From Planctomycetota bacterium (GTDB lineage Bacteria > Planctomycetota > SZUA-567 > H5-PLA8): 64,000 nucleotides of DNA. The stretch covers positions 1-64,000 of the forward strand of contig BTVV01000002.1 of NCBI GenBank assembly GCA_045863855.1. Direction: 5' to 3'. This document shows, piece after piece, positions 28,175 to 39,939 of this stretch; within the stretch, counting starts at the first letter, position 1, and every line of letters begins with the position of its first letter. The translations under genes were made by a program, and so were the position numbers. The notes beneath the pieces were generated by a model. That model had not been told where the DNA came from and did not search any database. It saw only the letters and a list, made by a program, of their open reading frames with translations.

Positions 28175-29647
28175 ATGAAGGTCCTCAAATACCTGGGCAT
28201 TGCATTTCTGGTTCTGCTCGGTTTGGGCGTGGTCCTGCCGCTGACCGGCCTCGTTAAACTTAACGTAAACGCCACTCCGATGGGCTGGGAAACCGAGGCC
28301 GTCGATCGCGGCGAGATGCGCATCACCGTTACGGCGTCGGGCGCCGTGGAGCCGCTCAGCACGGTTAAGGTCGGCAGCCAGGTCTCGGGCAAGGTGAAGG
28401 AAGTCCTCGTCGAGCCCGACGATGCGGTCAGCGACGGCCAGGTGCTGGCGAGGCTGGATACGGAACTGCTCGAAGCCGACCGGCGCGACCGCGAACTGTT
28501 GCTCGACCGCGCGCAATCGGCGCTCGCACTCTTGACCGTCGAACGCCAGAACCTCAATCTGCGCGAAGCGCGGCTGAGGGTCCAGCAGGCGCGCCAGAAA
28601 CTCGCGATCGAACGTTCCAGCGCGCTGCTCGGGCTGGCCGCGAAAAACCTGGTGCGCTTCGAGGACATGCGCGCCGTGGACGCCGCGTCGCTGACCGACG
28701 TCGAGATCCGGCAGTTGGAAAAAGAGAACGCCGAACGCGACCGCAAGCTCGCGGCCTTGGAGCTCGAGACACTCGAAGTGGACTTGAAGCAGGTGACGGC
28801 CGACCGCGCTGCGCTGGCAGCGCGGCTGGTGCAGGCGGAATCCGAAGTCGCGCAGGCGCGCCAGGCGCTGGCCAAAGCCGTCACGAATCTGGGCTATGCG
28901 TCCATCACCGCGCCGTGTGCCGGCGTGGTGCTCGATCGCGTCGTCGAACGCGGGCAGACCATCGCCGCGAACTTCCAGACGCCGGAACTTTTCACCATCG
29001 TCGCCGAACTCAACCGCGTGCGCGTTCTCGTGAAGCTCGACGAGGCCGAGATGGGGCGCATCGCGCCGGGCCAGAAGGTCAGGTTCGAGGTCGATGCGTA
29101 TCGCGGGCAGGAGTTCTCCGGCGAAGTGAAGGCCGTGCGGTTGAAGCACGAACTGCGCGCGAATCTGGTCACGTATCCGATCGTGATCGAAGCCGAGAAT
29201 CCCCCCGCTGCCGGACACCCGCACGGCAAGCTCCGCCCCGGCATGACCGCGTACGTCACCTTCGAGATCGAGGTCAAATCCGATGTGTTGCGCGTCCCGG
29301 CCGCCGCGTTGCGCTTCGTTCCGCCCGCGACGGTGATTCTGGCTCAAGAGACCTCGGCCGGCGAGTCCGAGCCGGCGCCTGAAGCTCAGAAGACCGCGGC
29401 GGAAGCCCCCGCCAAGTCTGAGCCGGCCAAGCCGGCCGAAGCGCCGCGCGGGTTGCCGGCTACGGTTCACCGCAAGCTGCTCGACGGGCGCCTGCAGGCC
29501 ATCCCGATCCGCGTCGGCGACAACGACGCCGAGTACTACGAATTGCTGGACGGTGAGGTGAAGGCCGGCGACGAACTGGTCACCGGGCAGGCGTTGGGCG
29601 ATGCGGGAGGCGGCGCGAGCAAGTCCAAGCGCCGGCGCAAGCTGTGA
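28175..29647 (+). CDS. MacA/HlyD-family periplasmic adaptor subunit
   Basis: 'VTASGAVEP..TVKVGSQVSGKV', long coiled coil, 'ITAPCAGVV', 'GQTIAANFQTPELF', 'KLRPGMTA'. Confidence 0.9.
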   Translation: MKVLKYLGIAFLVLLGLGVVLPLTGLVKLNVNATPMGWETEAVDRGEMRITVTASGAVEPLSTVKVGSQVSGKVKEVLVEPDDAVSDGQVLARLDTELLEADRRDRELLLDRAQSALALLTVERQNLNLREARLRVQQARQKLAIERSSALLGLAAKNLVRFEDMRAVDAASLTDVEIRQLEKENAERDRKLAALELETLEVDLKQVTADRAALAARLVQAESEVAQARQALAKAVTNLGYASITAPCAGVVLDRVVERGQTIAANFQTPELFTIVAELNRVRVLVKLDEAEMGRIAPGQKVRFEVDAYRGQEFSGEVKAVRLKHELRANLVTYPIVIEAENPPAAGHPHGKLRPGMTAYVTFEIEVKSDVLRVPAAALRFVPPATVILAQETSAGESEPAPEAQKTAAEAPAKSEPAKPAEAPRGLPATVHRKLLDGRLQAIPIRVGDNDAEYYELLDGEVKAGDELVTGQALGDAGGGASKSKRRRKL

Positions 29648-30426
29648 GCACGCCCGCGGCGCCCGCTTCCATCGTCGAGATCGTCGATCTCGTCAAGACC
29701 TACGGCGCGGATACGCCCAATCCCGTGCATGCGCTGCGCGGGATCGGTTTCAGCGTTCCGAAGAGCGGCTTTGTCGCCGTGATGGGCCACTCCGGATCGG
29801 GCAAATCCACGCTGCTGAATCTGCTGGGCTGTCTGGACCGTGCCACCAGCGGGACCTACCGGCTCAACGGGACCGACGTCGCTTGCATGTCGCGCCGCGA
29901 ATTGGCGCACTTCCGCGCACGGACGCTGGGCTTCGTTTTCCAGAGCTTCCAACTGCTGCCGCGGCTGACGGCGCGCGCGAACGTCGAACTGCCGCTGCAG
30001 TACCGCGGCGGGATCGGCCGCGCCGAACGCCGCCGCCGCGCGGAGGCGGCGCTGGCCCGCGTGGGTCTGGCCGACAAATTCGAACGCCGGCCCACCGAGC
30101 TCTCCGGCGGACAGCAGCAACGCGTCGCCATCGCCCGCGCGCTGGTCAACGCGCCGGCGCTGCTGCTGGCCGACGAGCCTACGGGCAACCTGGACACCGG
30201 AACCGGGCTCGAGATTATGGCGCTGCTGCAGCAGCTTAACCGCGAAGGCGTCACGATCGTGCTCGTTACGCACGAGCCGGATATCGCGGGCTGCGCGCGG
30301 CAGTCGATACACCTTCGCGATGGGCGCATCCATAAAGTCGAAGCGTGCGCGACGCCCACCGATGCGCAGGCCGAACTGGAACGCTGGAAGCGCGAGGAAG
30401 CGGCGCGCGAAACGGCGGCCGGCTGA
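29644..30426 (+). CDS. ABC transporter ATP-binding protein (MacB/LolD-like)
   Basis: GHSGSGKST, '[10 protein letters not shown]', [15 protein letters not shown], '[11 protein letters not shown]', 'VTHE'. Confidence 0.95.
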   Translation: MSTPAAPASIVEIVDLVKTYGADTPNPVHALRGIGFSVPKSGFVAVMGHSGSGKSTLLNLLGCLDRATSGTYRLNGTDVACMSRRELAHFRARTLGFVFQSFQLLPRLTARANVELPLQYRGGIGRAERRRRAEAALARVGLADKFERRPTELSGGQQQRVAIARALVNAPALLLADEPTGNLDTGTGLEIMALLQQLNREGVTIVLVTHEPDIAGCARQSIHLRDGRIHKVEACATPTDAQAELERWKREEAARETAAG

Positions 30427-31087
30427 TGGAAGCGCGCATGTCCAAACAGCCCTGTGAAGCATCGCCCGACGACTCCCCGCCGCGCGTGAAGGGCCGGTTT
30501 TTTCTGGAAGCCCTTCGCATCGACAGCCGCTATTCGTTGGGCGCGCTGGTCCTGGCTGTGCTGGCGTGCGGGCTTTGTTACGCGATCGCATACGTCCCGC
30601 AATCCACCGACGGTCTTGCGGACCTTGCCGGGTACGCGCTCATGGTTCTGGTCGTCATGGGCGCCTCAGGCGCGATCCGCGCGCATCGGCGGTGTGAGCC
30701 GTGGCTGGGATCCGCCGCTCTGATTTTTTTGCTGGCCCTGTTTGGCTTCGGCGCGGGCACCGCGCACACTTCCTTCGTGCTGCTCTACGGACCGGACAGC
30801 TATATGAATCGCTTCGACGAGGTTCATCACGCGTTGGAACGCTTCGGAAAAGATCGGGGCCGTTACCCGGAGAAGCTTTCCGAACTGGCCCCCCATTACC
30901 TGTCCGTCGAACGCGTGAACGGCATGCAAGGGCTGCTCGGTTACCGGCCGTTATCCGGGCTTGCGCTCGAAGCGGACCTCGATCTGCGCATACGGCACGG
31001 AATGGTCAGCATCAGCATCGCCGGATCGCTTCCGACGCTGCCCCCGCCTCCGGCGGCGGCGACCGCCGCTCCCGCGGAGGCCGCGGA

Positions 31088-31091
<4 letters not shown>
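30426..31091 (+). CDS. Hypothetical membrane protein (three TM helices plus small soluble domain)
   Basis: TGATG overlap with the ATPase stop and ATGA overlap with the permease start; three hydrophobic segments; '[15 protein letters not shown]' GspG/pilin-like motif. Confidence 0.65.
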
Positions 31092-32314
<1,223 letters not shown>

Positions 32315-32321
32315 CCGTCGC

Positions 32322-33365
32322 TCAGTCCGCGGAACGTTCCAGCTTCTCCAGCCGCGCGCGCAGTTCGCGCACTTCTTTTAGCAGCTCGGGAAGCTTGCGT
32401 AACGCCGCGAATTGGCGAAACGCCTCGCGCCGGGGAGCCGCCGGCGTCCCGAAGACCTCGCCTTTCGGCGGCACGTCGTCGATCGGTCCCGATTGCCCGC
32501 CGACCTTGGCGGCCATGCCGATCGTGATGTGGTCGGGGATGCCCGACTGCGCACCGAGCATCGCGTAATCCTGAACGGTCGAGCTGCCCGCGACGCCGGC
32601 TTGGCCGCAGACGATCACGTGCTTACCGAGCCGGACGTTGTGCCCGATCTGTACAAGATTGTCGAGCTTCGAGCCTTCGCCGATCGTCGTCTGGCCCAGC
32701 GCGGCGCGGTCGACGGCGCTGTTCGCGCCGATCTCGACACGCGCGCCCACCGTCACGCCGCCGACTTGCGGAACCTTGACCAGCCGCCCTTCGCGGAACT
32801 TGTAGCCGAATCCGTCGGCGCCCACGACCGCGCCGGCATGCAGGATCGTCTCGTCGCCCAGTTCGACGCGCGGATACAGCACCGCGCGCGGATGGACCAC
32901 GCAGCGCTTTCCCAGTTTGCAGCCGGGGCCCACGTAGGCGCCGGCGTGAATCTCGCAGCCGTCGCCGACTACCGCGCCGGCGCGGATCACCGCGAACGGG
33001 CCGACGTAAACTTCGGCGCCCAGCTTCGCGCCGGCTTCCACGCAAGCCTGCGGATGCACGCCCGGCGCTTCGCGCACCTCGGGATACAGCGCATGCAGCG
33101 CCGCGAGCAGCGCGCCCTCGGTGTCGGCGGCTTGCAGAACCGCCACGCCTTCGGGCGCGGGCGGGTGGGGTATGCCGGGCGCGATCAGAACCGCGCCGGC
33201 GCGCGAAGCGGCCAGGAGCGGCGCGTAGCGCGGATCGGTCAGCGGCGCGAGATCGGCCGGCCCGGCGTCGCGCAGGTTGTTCGCTCCCGTCAGCGTGCGT
33301 TGCGGATCGCCTCCGGCGATCTGGGCTTTGCACCGTTCGGCCAGTTGAGCCACCGTCAGCGCCAT
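32322..33365 (-). CDS. lpxD: UDP-3-O-acyl-glucosamine N-acyltransferase
   Basis: Hexapeptide repeats; 'GADGFGY', 'VPQVGGV', 'EIGANSAVDR', 'KLDNLVQIGHN'. Confidence 0.95.
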   Translation of the reverse strand: MALTVAQLAERCKAQIAGGDPQRTLTGANNLRDAGPADLAPLTDPRYAPLLAASRAGAVLIAPGIPHPPAPEGVAVLQAADTEGALLAALHALYPEVREAPGVHPQACVEAGAKLGAEVYVGPFAVIRAGAVVGDGCEIHAGAYVGPGCKLGKRCVVHPRAVLYPRVELGDETILHAGAVVGADGFGYKFREGRLVKVPQVGGVTVGARVEIGANSAVDRAALGQTTIGEGSKLDNLVQIGHNVRLGKHVIVCGQAGVAGSSTVQDYAMLGAQSGIPDHITIGMAAKVGGQSGPIDDVPPKGEVFGTPAAPRREAFRQFAALRKLPELLKEVRELRARLEKLERSAD

Positions 33366-33466
33366 GGGCGAGCCTCCCTCAAACGAGAACGCGGGGCGAT
33401 CCGCACCGGTGGGTGGAATCGCCCCGCGTCGACTTCAACGGACTGCGCCGGTATCGGCGCGAACCA

Positions 33467-34186
33467 TTACTGCCCCGGCGCAGGCGCGGGGGCGGGGGCC
33501 GGCGCCGCGGCGCCTGACTTTTCGTGATCGGCATTCAGGCGCGCGATCACCTTCTCGGTGATGTCCACATCCTTGCCGTGAAAGAGAACCGGGTTTTCGC
33601 GGAAGCGCGCGACCAGTTCCATCGCGCTCTGCGCTTCGTCCTTGGCGTCCGGATTCTCGCCATCCGCCGGCGCCGCTTCGCCCGCGTCGATCGGTTCGAG
33701 CTTGTCGTCGTACTCCGGTGCGCGCATGACCAGGTCGAAGCCCAGTTCGCTGCCCACGGTGCGGATCGCCGCGCGGATATCCTTCAGCACTTCCTTCATC
33801 TCGTCCATGCGGAACTTCTCGACGTCCTTGCGCAGCTTGCGGAATTCGTCGCTCAAGCTGAACTCCATCTCCTGGAGCTGCTGCATCTTCTTGAAGACTT
33901 CGCGGTCGACCTTCGGGTCGCGCCCGCTGCGCACGTCCAGCTCGATGATGTCGCGAAATTCGCGCATCTGCTTTTCCTTCGCCTGCAGCTCGCGCCGCCG
34001 GGCGTCGAAGCGCGCCTTCAGGCGCTCCTGGATGTCCTTCACCTTTTTGTACGAATTGAACACCCGCGTGACGTTCACCACGCCGATGCGGCTCTCCGCG
34101 GCCTCGGCCCGTTCGGCCGATCCCAGCCCCAGCAGCAGCAGTCCCGCGACCGCCCACATCGAAACTCGCGCCATCTTGGCCTTCAT
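33467..34186 (-). CDS. skp: OmpH/Skp periplasmic chaperone (copy 2)
   Basis: Signal peptide, 'IGVVNVTRVF', coiled coil, 'GFDLV', 'VDITEKVIARLN'; between bamA and lpxD. Confidence 0.85.
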   Translation of the reverse strand: MKAKMARVSMWAVAGLLLLGLGSAERAEAAESRIGVVNVTRVFNSYKKVKDIQERLKARFDARRRELQAKEKQMREFRDIIELDVRSGRDPKVDREVFKKMQQLQEMEFSLSDEFRKLRKDVEKFRMDEMKEVLKDIRAAIRTVGSELGFDLVMRAPEYDDKLEPIDAGEAAPADGENPDAKDEAQSAMELVARFRENPVLFHGKDVDITEKVIARLNADHEKSGAAAPAPAPAPAPGQ

Positions 34187-34247
34187 GACTCACTCCTTCT
34201 TTCCGTACCCAGGTTCGTTCGAATCCCGCTTGGCCCGGCCCCGCGAA

Positions 34248-34949
34248 TCACGGCGCTTTCTGCGCGCCCGCCGCCCGCTGGGCATACTCGTCGTTCAACC
34301 GCTTCAACACCGCGTCCGTCAAGTCTGCCGCCTGCGTCCCGAAGAGCACCGGGTTGCGCTTGAAGCGTATCACCAGCGCTTCCGTCGACTGCGGCTCCAA
34401 AATGCCCTTAATCTGCTCGTCCAGCGGATGCTCCTTCGCCGGATCGGCCGCCGGCGCTTCTTCGTTCAGCGAAAGCTCGTCGTCGCTGTACGGCGTGCGC
34501 ACCACGATCTCGAACCCGCGCGCCTGGGCTTCCACGCGCACCGCCGCCTTGATCTCGTTCAACACGTCCCGCATCTCTTCGCCGTAGCGCTTCTGAACCT
34601 CCGCCTCAACCTGATTCAGCGCCTTGCGGTACAGGAACTCCTTCTTGTTGAACCCTTGCAGCGTATCGAAGAGCAGTTCGCTGTCGGCGCGCGCGTGCTT
34701 GCGCATGTTCTGAATTTTCTCGGCCATGTCCTTCAGGATGCGCGCTTCTTCTTCAAGTTCCTTGCGCCGCGTCTCGAACTGGCTTTGCAGCCGGCGCTCC
34801 ACGTCCGCGACTTTCTTGTAGGTTTTGAAAACCTTGGAGACGTCCACGACCGCCAGTTTCTTGGCTTCGCCCGCCGCCAGCTTCGGGGCGAAGCACAGGC
34901 CCGCGACCGCCGCGACGATACCCAAGACCGTGCGCATTCCGTACGTCAT
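34248..34949 (-). CDS. skp: OmpH/Skp periplasmic chaperone (copy 1)
   Basis: Signal peptide, 'LAVVDVSKVF', coiled coil, 'DLTDAVLKRLN'. Confidence 0.85.
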   Translation of the reverse strand: MTYGMRTVLGIVAAVAGLCFAPKLAAGEAKKLAVVDVSKVFKTYKKVADVERRLQSQFETRRKELEEEARILKDMAEKIQNMRKHARADSELLFDTLQGFNKKEFLYRKALNQVEAEVQKRYGEEMRDVLNEIKAAVRVEAQARGFEIVVRTPYSDDELSLNEEAPAADPAKEHPLDEQIKGILEPQSTEALVIRFKRNPVLFGTQAADLTDAVLKRLNDEYAQRAAGAQKAP

Positions 34950-35116
34950 GCCCGCCTGCTCCTAGACCGTTCCGCCTGCCGCGCCAAGCCCGCGCGAAAA
35001 TACGCAATGGCTAACGGACGCGCCACCCGGATAGACCTTGACCCGTATTGAAAAAACCAGTCTACCACGCGCGCGCGCCCACGATAGGCCCACTGCGCCT
35101 TGTGCGTTCCTGCCGA

Positions 35117-37660
35117 TCAGAACCGGGTGCCGAACGTGAAGTCCACCGTCTTGGTGCGGTCCTCGTCGTTCTTGACCAGCGGCCGCGAAATGAAGATTCG
35201 GAACGGCAACGGCGACAGCGGCGTGCGGATCGCCAGCCCGATGCCCGCCGAAGCGCGCAGACCGGTATCGTTGAGCACCTCGCTGCCCGGGTCCGTCTCG
35301 CCCGCGTCCCAGACCGAGCCGGCATCGACAAAGACGGAGGCGCGCACGATTTCTTCATACAGCGGCAGGCTGTATTCGGCCGTGACCGCCACCTGCTTCT
35401 TGCCGCCGATGTAAAACCCGTTCTCTTGCGGAGAGATCGTGCGGTTTTCGAAGCCGCGGATAGTCCCGATGCCGCCGCCGTAGTAACGCAGGAACGGCGG
35501 CACTTCGTCGGTGCCCAGGTACGACTCGACCAGCCCGGCGGTTCCGCGCAGTTCGAGGATATGCTTGCCGCCGCCCTTGGTCTTGAAGAGGGTGAAGTAG
35601 CGCGCCACGTCGATCTGCGGGCGCACCCAGTCCACGCTGCCCAAAAGCGGCCCGCCGCCGAACTCGAGGCTCGCTTCCATGAAGTACCCGCGGCTGGGCA
35701 GAATGCGCGAATCGCGGCTGTCGTACACCAGGCGCGGGCGCAGCGAACTCAGGATCCGCGAGCCTTCCTGATCTTGGAAGATCGACGGCAGGTTTTCGTC
35801 CGTCTCGCCGATCGTCGTGTAGCTGAAGCGGTACGTCATGTCGAAGTCCCAGCGCGGGCCCCAGAGCCGCTTGCCGGCGGTCACCGAGAAGCCGGTGTTG
35901 GTTTCGTCGAAATCCTTGTACTGGGAATCGACCGTATGAAAGATGCTGCCGCCCAAGCGGATCGGACGGTCGAACGCCCAAGGCTCGTAGAACGAGACCG
36001 AGTAACGCTGCCGGGACGTGCCGGCCTGCGCGTCGATGGAGAAGTTCTGGCCCGCGCCGACGAAGCTGTTGCCCGAGACGAAGTCGCTCCAGCTCTTGGG
36101 CAGGTCCGTGTAGTCGAAGTTCTTCTGCGCCAGGCTCACATTGCCCAGGATGCTGTCCACCGACGAGACGCCCAGCCCGAAATTGAACTCGCCCGTCGGC
36201 TTCTCCGTCACGTCGATGACGATATCCGTCTCTTCGCCGTTCTCGGTGGGCTCCGTCTCGATGCGAATGTCTTCTTCGAAGTAGCTCAGCCGCCGGAGCT
36301 GGTCCTTGGCCTGCTCGATCTTCGTGGTGTCCACGCGGTCGCCGGGGAAAAGGTTGAGCTGGCGGACGATGACTTTGTCCTTGGTCTTCGTGTTGCCGCG
36401 CACCAGCACTTCCCGCACCGTCACTTCGCTGCCTTCCTGGATCACCATTTCCACGTCGTACAGATTCTTGCCGTCCTTGGTGCGCTCCGGATCGGTCACG
36501 AACTTGCGGTCGGTGGCCACCTTCGTAAAGACGCGCCCGTATTCGCCGTACAGCTTCACGATCCGCTCTTTATCGTCGTTCAGCAGCACGTCCGAGAATA
36601 CGTTGCCCGGCTTTAGTTTCATAACCGCCTGAATCTCGCTCAGCGGCAGGCTCTCGTAGCCCTTCAGCACCAAGTTTCCGACGCGGTACTGCGGGCCTTC
36701 GTAGATCTGAAACTCGACATCGGCCAGCTTCTTGCGTTTGCGGAACCAGTTGAAGTGCAGCTCGTCGCCCACCTCGATGCGGTATTCCTTCACTTCCGCG
36801 TCCATGTACCCGGCGCGGCGGTACCAGTACTCCAGGCGCTGCTTGTCCGTTTCCATCTGTTCTTCGTTCAAGTCGCCCGCGCGGAAAAGCCGGCGCGGCT
36901 TGGTCTGAGTTACGGCCAGCAACTGTTCTTCGGTGAAAGCCGTGTTGCCTTTGAAGGACAGAACGCGCACCGAGATGGGATGGCCTTCGTTGATCTTGAA
37001 GGTGATGTTCACTTCGTCCTGCACGTCCGTCCACTTGCTCGCCACGTACTGCTTATGGCTCGAGACGGTCTGGACATCGTAGGTGCAGGTGGCGTCGCGG
37101 AAGGCTTTGCCGTGGTAGAGCTTCTCGATCGCGCGCGCATCCAGGTGCACCTGCCCGATCTGAAAGCGCCCGCCTTCGACGGTCTTGATCGCGCCTTTGA
37201 GTTCCGAGTCTTTGATCGCGCTGCTGTCTTTGAAGATGATCTTCTTGACCGTGGCCATCTCGACGAGGTCGATGACCAGCTTCACGCCGTTGAAGTAAGG
37301 GATCGGCGGCGTGATGCGGACGTTGAGGAAGAAGCCGGAATCGGTGAGGCGGTGCCAGTCGTCGTCCCAGATCTTCGGGTCGAACGGGCGTCCGACGCGG
37401 GTGCGGATCAGGCGCAGGACGGTGCTTTTTTCGACGCGGATGTTGCCGCGGACTTCGATCTCGCGGACGACCGCCCCGCCCTCGGCGGGCGCGCCTTCGG
37501 GCGCCGGTTCCGGTTCAGGTCCGGGTTCCTCGCCCGCGCGGAGGTTGACGGCCAGGACCGCGCACAGGAGCACTCCCGTATAAAGCCCTAGCCGGAAAGT
37601 GCGTGTAATTACGCCGCCGCGCCGAGCGCGGCCGGATACCCTTCGAGCGGACCCCCACAT
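35117..37660 (-). CDS. bamA: Outer membrane protein assembly factor BamA
   Basis: POTRA repeats ('GNTKTKDKVIVRQ'), 'VTEKPTG', 'IRGF' barrel motif, C-terminal Phe; start uncertain (ATG 37660 chosen). Confidence 0.93.
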   Translation of the reverse strand: MWGSARRVSGRARRGGVITRTFRLGLYTGVLLCAVLAVNLRAGEEPGPEPEPAPEGAPAEGGAVVREIEVRGNIRVEKSTVLRLIRTRVGRPFDPKIWDDDWHRLTDSGFFLNVRITPPIPYFNGVKLVIDLVEMATVKKIIFKDSSAIKDSELKGAIKTVEGGRFQIGQVHLDARAIEKLYHGKAFRDATCTYDVQTVSSHKQYVASKWTDVQDEVNITFKINEGHPISVRVLSFKGNTAFTEEQLLAVTQTKPRRLFRAGDLNEEQMETDKQRLEYWYRRAGYMDAEVKEYRIEVGDELHFNWFRKRKKLADVEFQIYEGPQYRVGNLVLKGYESLPLSEIQAVMKLKPGNVFSDVLLNDDKERIVKLYGEYGRVFTKVATDRKFVTDPERTKDGKNLYDVEMVIQEGSEVTVREVLVRGNTKTKDKVIVRQLNLFPGDRVDTTKIEQAKDQLRRLSYFEEDIRIETEPTENGEETDIVIDVTEKPTGEFNFGLGVSSVDSILGNVSLAQKNFDYTDLPKSWSDFVSGNSFVGAGQNFSIDAQAGTSRQRYSVSFYEPWAFDRPIRLGGSIFHTVDSQYKDFDETNTGFSVTAGKRLWGPRWDFDMTYRFSYTTIGETDENLPSIFQDQEGSRILSSLRPRLVYDSRDSRILPSRGYFMEASLEFGGGPLLGSVDWVRPQIDVARYFTLFKTKGGGKHILELRGTAGLVESYLGTDEVPPFLRYYGGGIGTIRGFENRTISPQENGFYIGGKKQVAVTAEYSLPLYEEIVRASVFVDAGSVWDAGETDPGSEVLNDTGLRASAGIGLAIRTPLSPLPFRIFISRPLVKNDEDRTKTVDFTFGTRF

Positions 37661-37671
37661 CCGAACCAGAA

Positions 37672-39072
37672 TCAAACCCCCACGGGGCTGGGCGCGTCTG
37701 CCAGCTCCGGCATGTACGTCTCGAAACGGAACTGCTCGGGGAAGAAGCTCAACTTCACATCCCCGCACGCGCCGTTACGGTTCTTCTGCACGATCGCCGT
37801 AACGTCGCGGGTCATGACGTTATTTTCGTCCAACTCGCGGTGCAGCATCAGTACCACGTCCGCATCTTGTTCAATTGAGCCCGATTCGCGCAGGTCGGTC
37901 AGGGCCGGTTTCTTGTGTTCCTGGCCCTGCGGCGGCCGGCGCAACTGGCTCAGCAGAATGATCGGAATTTTCAATTCGCGGGCAATGTGCTTCACTTGCC
38001 GCGAGAGCTCCGCGACCGCCTGCTCGCGGCTGTCCATCGAGCGGCTGGTCTGCATGAGCTGCAAGTAGTCGATCAGCAAAAGCTTCACGTTCTCCCGGTG
38101 CACCAGCCGCCGCGCGCGCGCGCGCAGTTCCGTCGTGGTGATTCCGGGCTGGTCGTCGATGAAGATCGGCGCCTGGCCCAACTGCTTAGCCGCATCCTTG
38201 ACCACTTCGAAATCGTCGTCGTCGAACTGGTACGTGCGCATCTTCTCGCTGTTGATCCGAGCTTCGGCGCAAAGCAGATTTTTGCTCACCTGCTCCTTGG
38301 GCATTTCCAAGCTGAAGATTCCCACGCCCACCGGGTTTCGTTCGGTCGGCCGGCAAGCCACTTTCCGCGCGATGTTGATCGAGAGCGTCGTCTTGCCCAC
38401 GCTGGGGCGCGCCGCCACGATGATCACTTCGCCCGGCCAAAGCCCTCCCGCGAACATCCGATCCAGGTCGTGGAACCCCGTCGGGATCGCGCCCGTATCG
38501 ATCTTCCGGCCTTCGCGCCGGGCCGCCACGTGCAGCTCGGCCTGCTCAAGCACGTTCTCCAGAACCGTATGGATCGAGACCGGCTCCTGGCTCGAGCGCC
38601 GGTCCGAGATCTTGTAGATGATCTCCTCGGCCTTGCTCACCAGTCCGGCCACGTCCTGGCCCGAACCCGGCTGCTGAACCATCTGCAGAATCTGGCCGGC
38701 GCTCTGCAGCAGTTCCCGCTCTACGGCCCGTTCGCGCACCAGCCGGCAGTAGCGCTCGATGTTCCCGGGACTGGGCGTGCGCTCGGTCAGCGCTCCAATC
38801 ACGCCTTCGCCGCCGACCCGTTCCACCCAGCCGCGCCGCCGCAGCTCGCTCTGCACGTACAGCAGGTCCAAATCGGGCTGCTGCTCGTACAACTCGCGGA
38901 AGAGCTTAAAGAGCAACTGGTAGCGCGGGACGTAAAAGTCCTCTGCTACCAGCATTTCCACGGCCACCGTCGCGGCTTCCTCGGCGGCCAACATCGACCC
39001 CAGCACGCCGGCCTCTGCAGGCTCGTCGTGCGGCGGAATCTGCTCCAGCGGGTGCTGCGCAGCCTGGGCCAT
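37672..39072 (-). CDS. dnaB: Replicative DNA helicase
   Basis: 'PPHDEPAEAGVLGSML', 'AARPSVGKT', 'FSLEM', 'IDYLQLM', 'SQLRR', 'DLRESGSIEQDAD', 'KNRNG'. Confidence 0.97.
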   Translation of the reverse strand: MAQAAQHPLEQIPPHDEPAEAGVLGSMLAAEEAATVAVEMLVAEDFYVPRYQLLFKLFRELYEQQPDLDLLYVQSELRRRGWVERVGGEGVIGALTERTPSPGNIERYCRLVRERAVERELLQSAGQILQMVQQPGSGQDVAGLVSKAEEIIYKISDRRSSQEPVSIHTVLENVLEQAELHVAARREGRKIDTGAIPTGFHDLDRMFAGGLWPGEVIIVAARPSVGKTTLSINIARKVACRPTERNPVGVGIFSLEMPKEQVSKNLLCAEARINSEKMRTYQFDDDDFEVVKDAAKQLGQAPIFIDDQPGITTTELRARARRLVHRENVKLLLIDYLQLMQTSRSMDSREQAVAELSRQVKHIARELKIPIILLSQLRRPPQGQEHKKPALTDLRESGSIEQDADVVLMLHRELDENNVMTRDVTAIVQKNRNGACGDVKLSFFPEQFRFETYMPELADAPSPVGV

Positions 39073-39074
39073 GC

Positions 39075-39524
39075 TTAATCGGACTCGGCCACGATCCAGA
39101 CTTTAATCACCGCCTCATGACCCGCGGCGACTCGCAGCGTGACATCCGGCGTACCCAGCGTCTTGAACGGAGCCTCCAGCACCACCGCCGACTCGGGAAT
39201 CTGGATCTTGTGCTCCTTGAGGATCGCGTCCGCGATCTCCTTGGCGCCCACCGACCCGTAAAGCTTCTCTTCCTGAGCCTTCGCCGTGATGGTCACCGAG
39301 CGACCGTTGATCGTCTCGACCATCTTCTTGAGGTCTTCCAGGCGCTGCGCTTCGCGTTGTGCGGCGCGCTTGCGCTCGGCCTGAATCTGGCGCTCGGCGT
39401 CAGCCGTGCACTGGAAGGCCAATTGGCGCGGAAGCAAGTAGTTACGCGCGAAGCCGACTTTGACATCGACCACTTCGCCCAGTTTGCCCAGCTTTTCCAC
39501 ATCCGTACGGAGAATGACCTTCAT
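39075..39524 (-). CDS. rplI: 50S ribosomal protein L9
   Basis: 'MKVIL..DVEKLGKLGEVVDVKVGFARNYLLP', 'KLYGSV'. Confidence 0.97.
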   Translation of the reverse strand: MKVILRTDVEKLGKLGEVVDVKVGFARNYLLPRQLAFQCTADAERQIQAERKRAAQREAQRLEDLKKMVETINGRSVTITAKAQEEKLYGSVGAKEIADAILKEHKIQIPESAVVLEAPFKTLGTPDVTLRVAAGHEAVIKVWIVAESD

Positions 39525-39685
39525 GGTCTATCCCCCCCTTCACCATGGGGTTATGTATCGGCAGCCTTGGATCGAGTCCACATGTGCCTTTGGGCACACT
39601 TCGTCTAACAGTGCACGCGTGCTTAGCAAGAGACGGACGCCGGATTCCGGAGGATACTTCACGGTTCCCCGGATACCCACTACAT

Positions 39686-39895
39686 CTAGCGTCCGACGAA
39701 AGGCAGAAGCCCCAGATATCGAGCCCGCTTGACGGCGATTTTAATCCGCCGCTGGCAGAACGAGCACGCGCCCGAGCGCTTCCGCGAATACAGCTTGCCT
39801 TGCGGTGTGATCAGCTTGGTCAAGGTTCGTACATCCTTGTAGTCCACCAAGCACCGGCTTTCCTTCATGAAGCGGCAATTACGTTGTGTAGCCAC
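39686..39895 (-). CDS. rpsR: 30S ribosomal protein S18
   Basis: 'VDYKDV', 'AVKRARYLGLLPF'; GTG start with AGGAGG RBS. Confidence 0.95.
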   Translation of the reverse strand: MATQRNCRFMKESRCLVDYKDVRTLTKLITPQGKLYSRKRSGACSFCQRRIKIAVKRARYLGLLPFVGR

Positions 39896-39939
39896 GGCGT
39901 TCCGGCCTCCTTATGGTTTCGATCTATCCCGCATCCCCA

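Noticed and set aside
37672..39072. Intein in DnaB
   Set aside because: Normal length (466 aa) with contiguous helicase motifs
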